A DNA stretch of 64,000 nt from assembly GCA_043228905.1 (NCBI GenBank), contig JBHGNT010000014.1, forward strand, positions 18,228,001 to 18,292,000, in the 5' to 3' direction. Positions 61,560-64,000 of this stretch are shown piece by piece. The stretch comes from Azolla caroliniana. Its lineage: Eukaryota > Plantae > Polypodiophyta. Each line of letters begins with the position of its first letter. Position 1 is the first letter of the stretch. Position numbers and translations under genes: made by a program. The notes beneath the pieces are model-generated. The model had not been told where the DNA came from. It saw only the letters and a list, made by a program, of their open reading frames with translations, and did not search any database.

Positions 61560-64000
61560 GCTTTGTCACTAGTAGTTTGATATTCTTGGGTTGGGTTGAA
61601 GCATTGTACTCTTAAGTCACAAAACACTTAAAAATTGTTTTATGTGAATCCATGTCCTCTAGACCAATGTCTTGAATGAGTTGATGCATTTGACTTGTAT
61701 GACTTGAACCATATATTTGAATGTGTTTATACATTTGAGATTGTGCAACAACGTTTTGTGTTTATTATAATGGCATATTTGCTCATTGTCTAGGATAAAA
61801 TATGCATCGGGTTACTCAACAATGAATAAAAAGTAATTTCGGTACAAGATACAAGTCTTATAATCAAACATACAAGCATGATTTTTTGGTGAGCATATCT
61901 TGACAACCACATTTTGGAATTTAGTTGGACATGCATTACATGAAAGCTTCACAACCAAAGCCAATTATTGTTTTCTATGACATAATGATGAGTAAGATTT
62001 GTCATACCTTTGAAAAGTTGAAGGCAAATTAGCTTATTACTTAAATGCCACAAAAAAAGAGGTAAGTATGAATGACAAAGAAAAACAAGCGTATAAACTT
62101 CTCTAAATAGGCAAACGTGCCCTAGAAGATCAAACCAATGAAACATATGGTTGCAACTATGATACAATGGGACGATCCTCTAGCTATGATATGATGGGAT
62201 GAATGACATAAAAATAATTGTATAAACTTCTCTACATAGGTGAATGGGGCCAATAAGATAACAATGATGAATCATATTGTTGCAATTGTGTTACAATGGG
62301 ATTTCCAAATGGTTATCTCTTTTTGCATGGCAGGAATTTGTTTGTCTACGAGAAAATCAAAGTTGTATTGAATGTGGGATTGAAAAAATAAGAGTATTGA
62401 TGTCTCTATGAAAATAAAGCTCCTTCCCTTGTTGTAGAAATGGAAATCCACAAACCCTAAATAATGCTTAAATGTTAGAAAGTGAGGGCGGTCATGTTGA
62501 CCCATCCAAAGTTCCATGAGACTCTTGTAATCTTGAGCTTGAGGAGTTCCAACTCTAACCTTCGATGCTTCCCTATGATAGTTCTTATTTTTTTGAATAG
62601 AGGGTATCTTATTCTTCTCTTGTGGTCTTGGGTGTCCATTATCCTTGAGTTCTTCGATCCCTTCAAAGCAATCCCTTTCGGTGACTTCATTTCCCTATTG
62701 TGCAAACTATTTCACCTTATGATAGTTGTAAGGCATGTGGGGTGTGGGGGATACTTAGGTCAATGATGTGGCATAACTATGTCACATTATTGTGGTCCAA
62801 ACCCCTCTTCAAACATAAAATAGTATCTACCTTGGATATCATTGTGCATACATATATTTTAGCTACATCCTTCTCACATAGGTAAGATAGTTGATATATC
62901 ATGCTAAGAATCATTACTCTCTCCCGAATTGATGTGAAGACTCAATAGGTACATTTTTTGTCAATGCTCACACATAAGGATATGCAAGATTTGCACCCAT
63001 GTCCCAAGCGTGGATGGTGAAATCCTCATGGGAGAGCTAGAGAAAAGGGTTATCGTTTATAAATAATCAAAATATTAAAATTATTCTCGTGGTATGTGAA
63101 TAAATAAAAGTGCACATCTGCCCTATTGGTTGTCTTATTAGGAGTGGAGGCATGAGGCACGCATACATCAAGTCCCTGTATTGTGTGTGATGCTTTTGCA
63201 CTATTCCTTTGTGTTGAACACATGATACAATTTTACAAGAAATAAGATCAAATTGATGAATACTTTCAAAACATTGAGTAAATGTCTCCAATATTTGTTG
63301 TTATTTATGTCCAAATGGCATAGATGCTTGACAATACGTGACGACTTTTACAGCTTGAAACAAACATTGAAAGATTTATAAAAGTATAAACATCATAAAC
63401 AAAACTGATAATGATTTTGGAGTAAAATGATGTGCAACGTTATGCCACTCCCTGATGCCATAACATGATGCTACAAAATCTAAGACCCCTTTGAAGGAAT
63501 ACAATAATTTTGGGAGAAAAAACACATGGATGGGGGTTGGACGGCTTCCTTTAAATTCACATCTCAAGCTACTCCCAATCATATTGTTCTCTCTAGGAAA
63601 AAAGAACCTCTATCCTTTTTTAGATGGTACACACACATTTTTACTAGAAAATGTGGTAGTTTTTTTATAAGGTAGAATTTATATGGAATTAATGCTGATT
63701 CATATTATTGATGTATTCTAGCACAATGAAAGGCTATGTTATGCGACAATGGACATAAATTGATGGGCACATTGGATCTCAAACCTCGATTATGTAGTTT
63801 GGTGTCAAACTTGGACTTGGTTTCCCATAAAGGTTTGTCCGAATTGCCAATTAAAGGGTGCTACATTATAGGAAGTAACAACATGACCATGGCCCGTGGT
63901 TACTCTAAATGAGAGAGATTGCCCAACTAAGACCGAGTTGCATTGCCAATTTTGGCCCCAATTTCGAGTCATTGGGATCCATCCAGTGTTGGAACCTCTC

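Noticed and set aside
61900-64000. Fragments resembling decayed transposase or LTR sequence
   Set aside because: No termini or diagnostic motif could be established

Overview
AT-rich eukaryotic plant genomic DNA with spliced genes, GA/GT microsatellites and TTTAGGG-like tracts. The retroelement types suggest a seed-free plant such as a fern, but this is inference. Host genes: the last two exons of a conserved plant gene (144-472, +); a PHR1-like MYB-CC transcription factor (~15774-17912, +); an FPA-like Spen-family RRM-RRM-SPOC gene (20083-26718, -); a KIN14B-interacting protein At4g14310-like gene (51698-~54675, -); and a small acyl-CoA-binding protein (58469-61559, +). Mobile DNA: a 5'-truncated L1-type LINE with a 14-bp TSD, six hAT-type MITEs, a deleted mini-Copia, and a 14.8-kb nest at 34514-49329. 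In the nest, an old RT-less Copia holds three solo LTRs and a GC-rich Gypsy, whose gag-RT region is replaced by an intact Copia with identical LTRs but no TSD. The most unusual signals are tRNA-like Pol III A/B boxes tandemly duplicated inside a solo LTR, three LTR insertions with 4-bp TSDs, two TSD-less recombinant junctions, a palindromic repeat/spacer mini-array in the FPA-like promoter, a telomere-like 3' UTR, and P1BS motifs upstream of the PHR-like gene. All calls were made by eye with no database searches.
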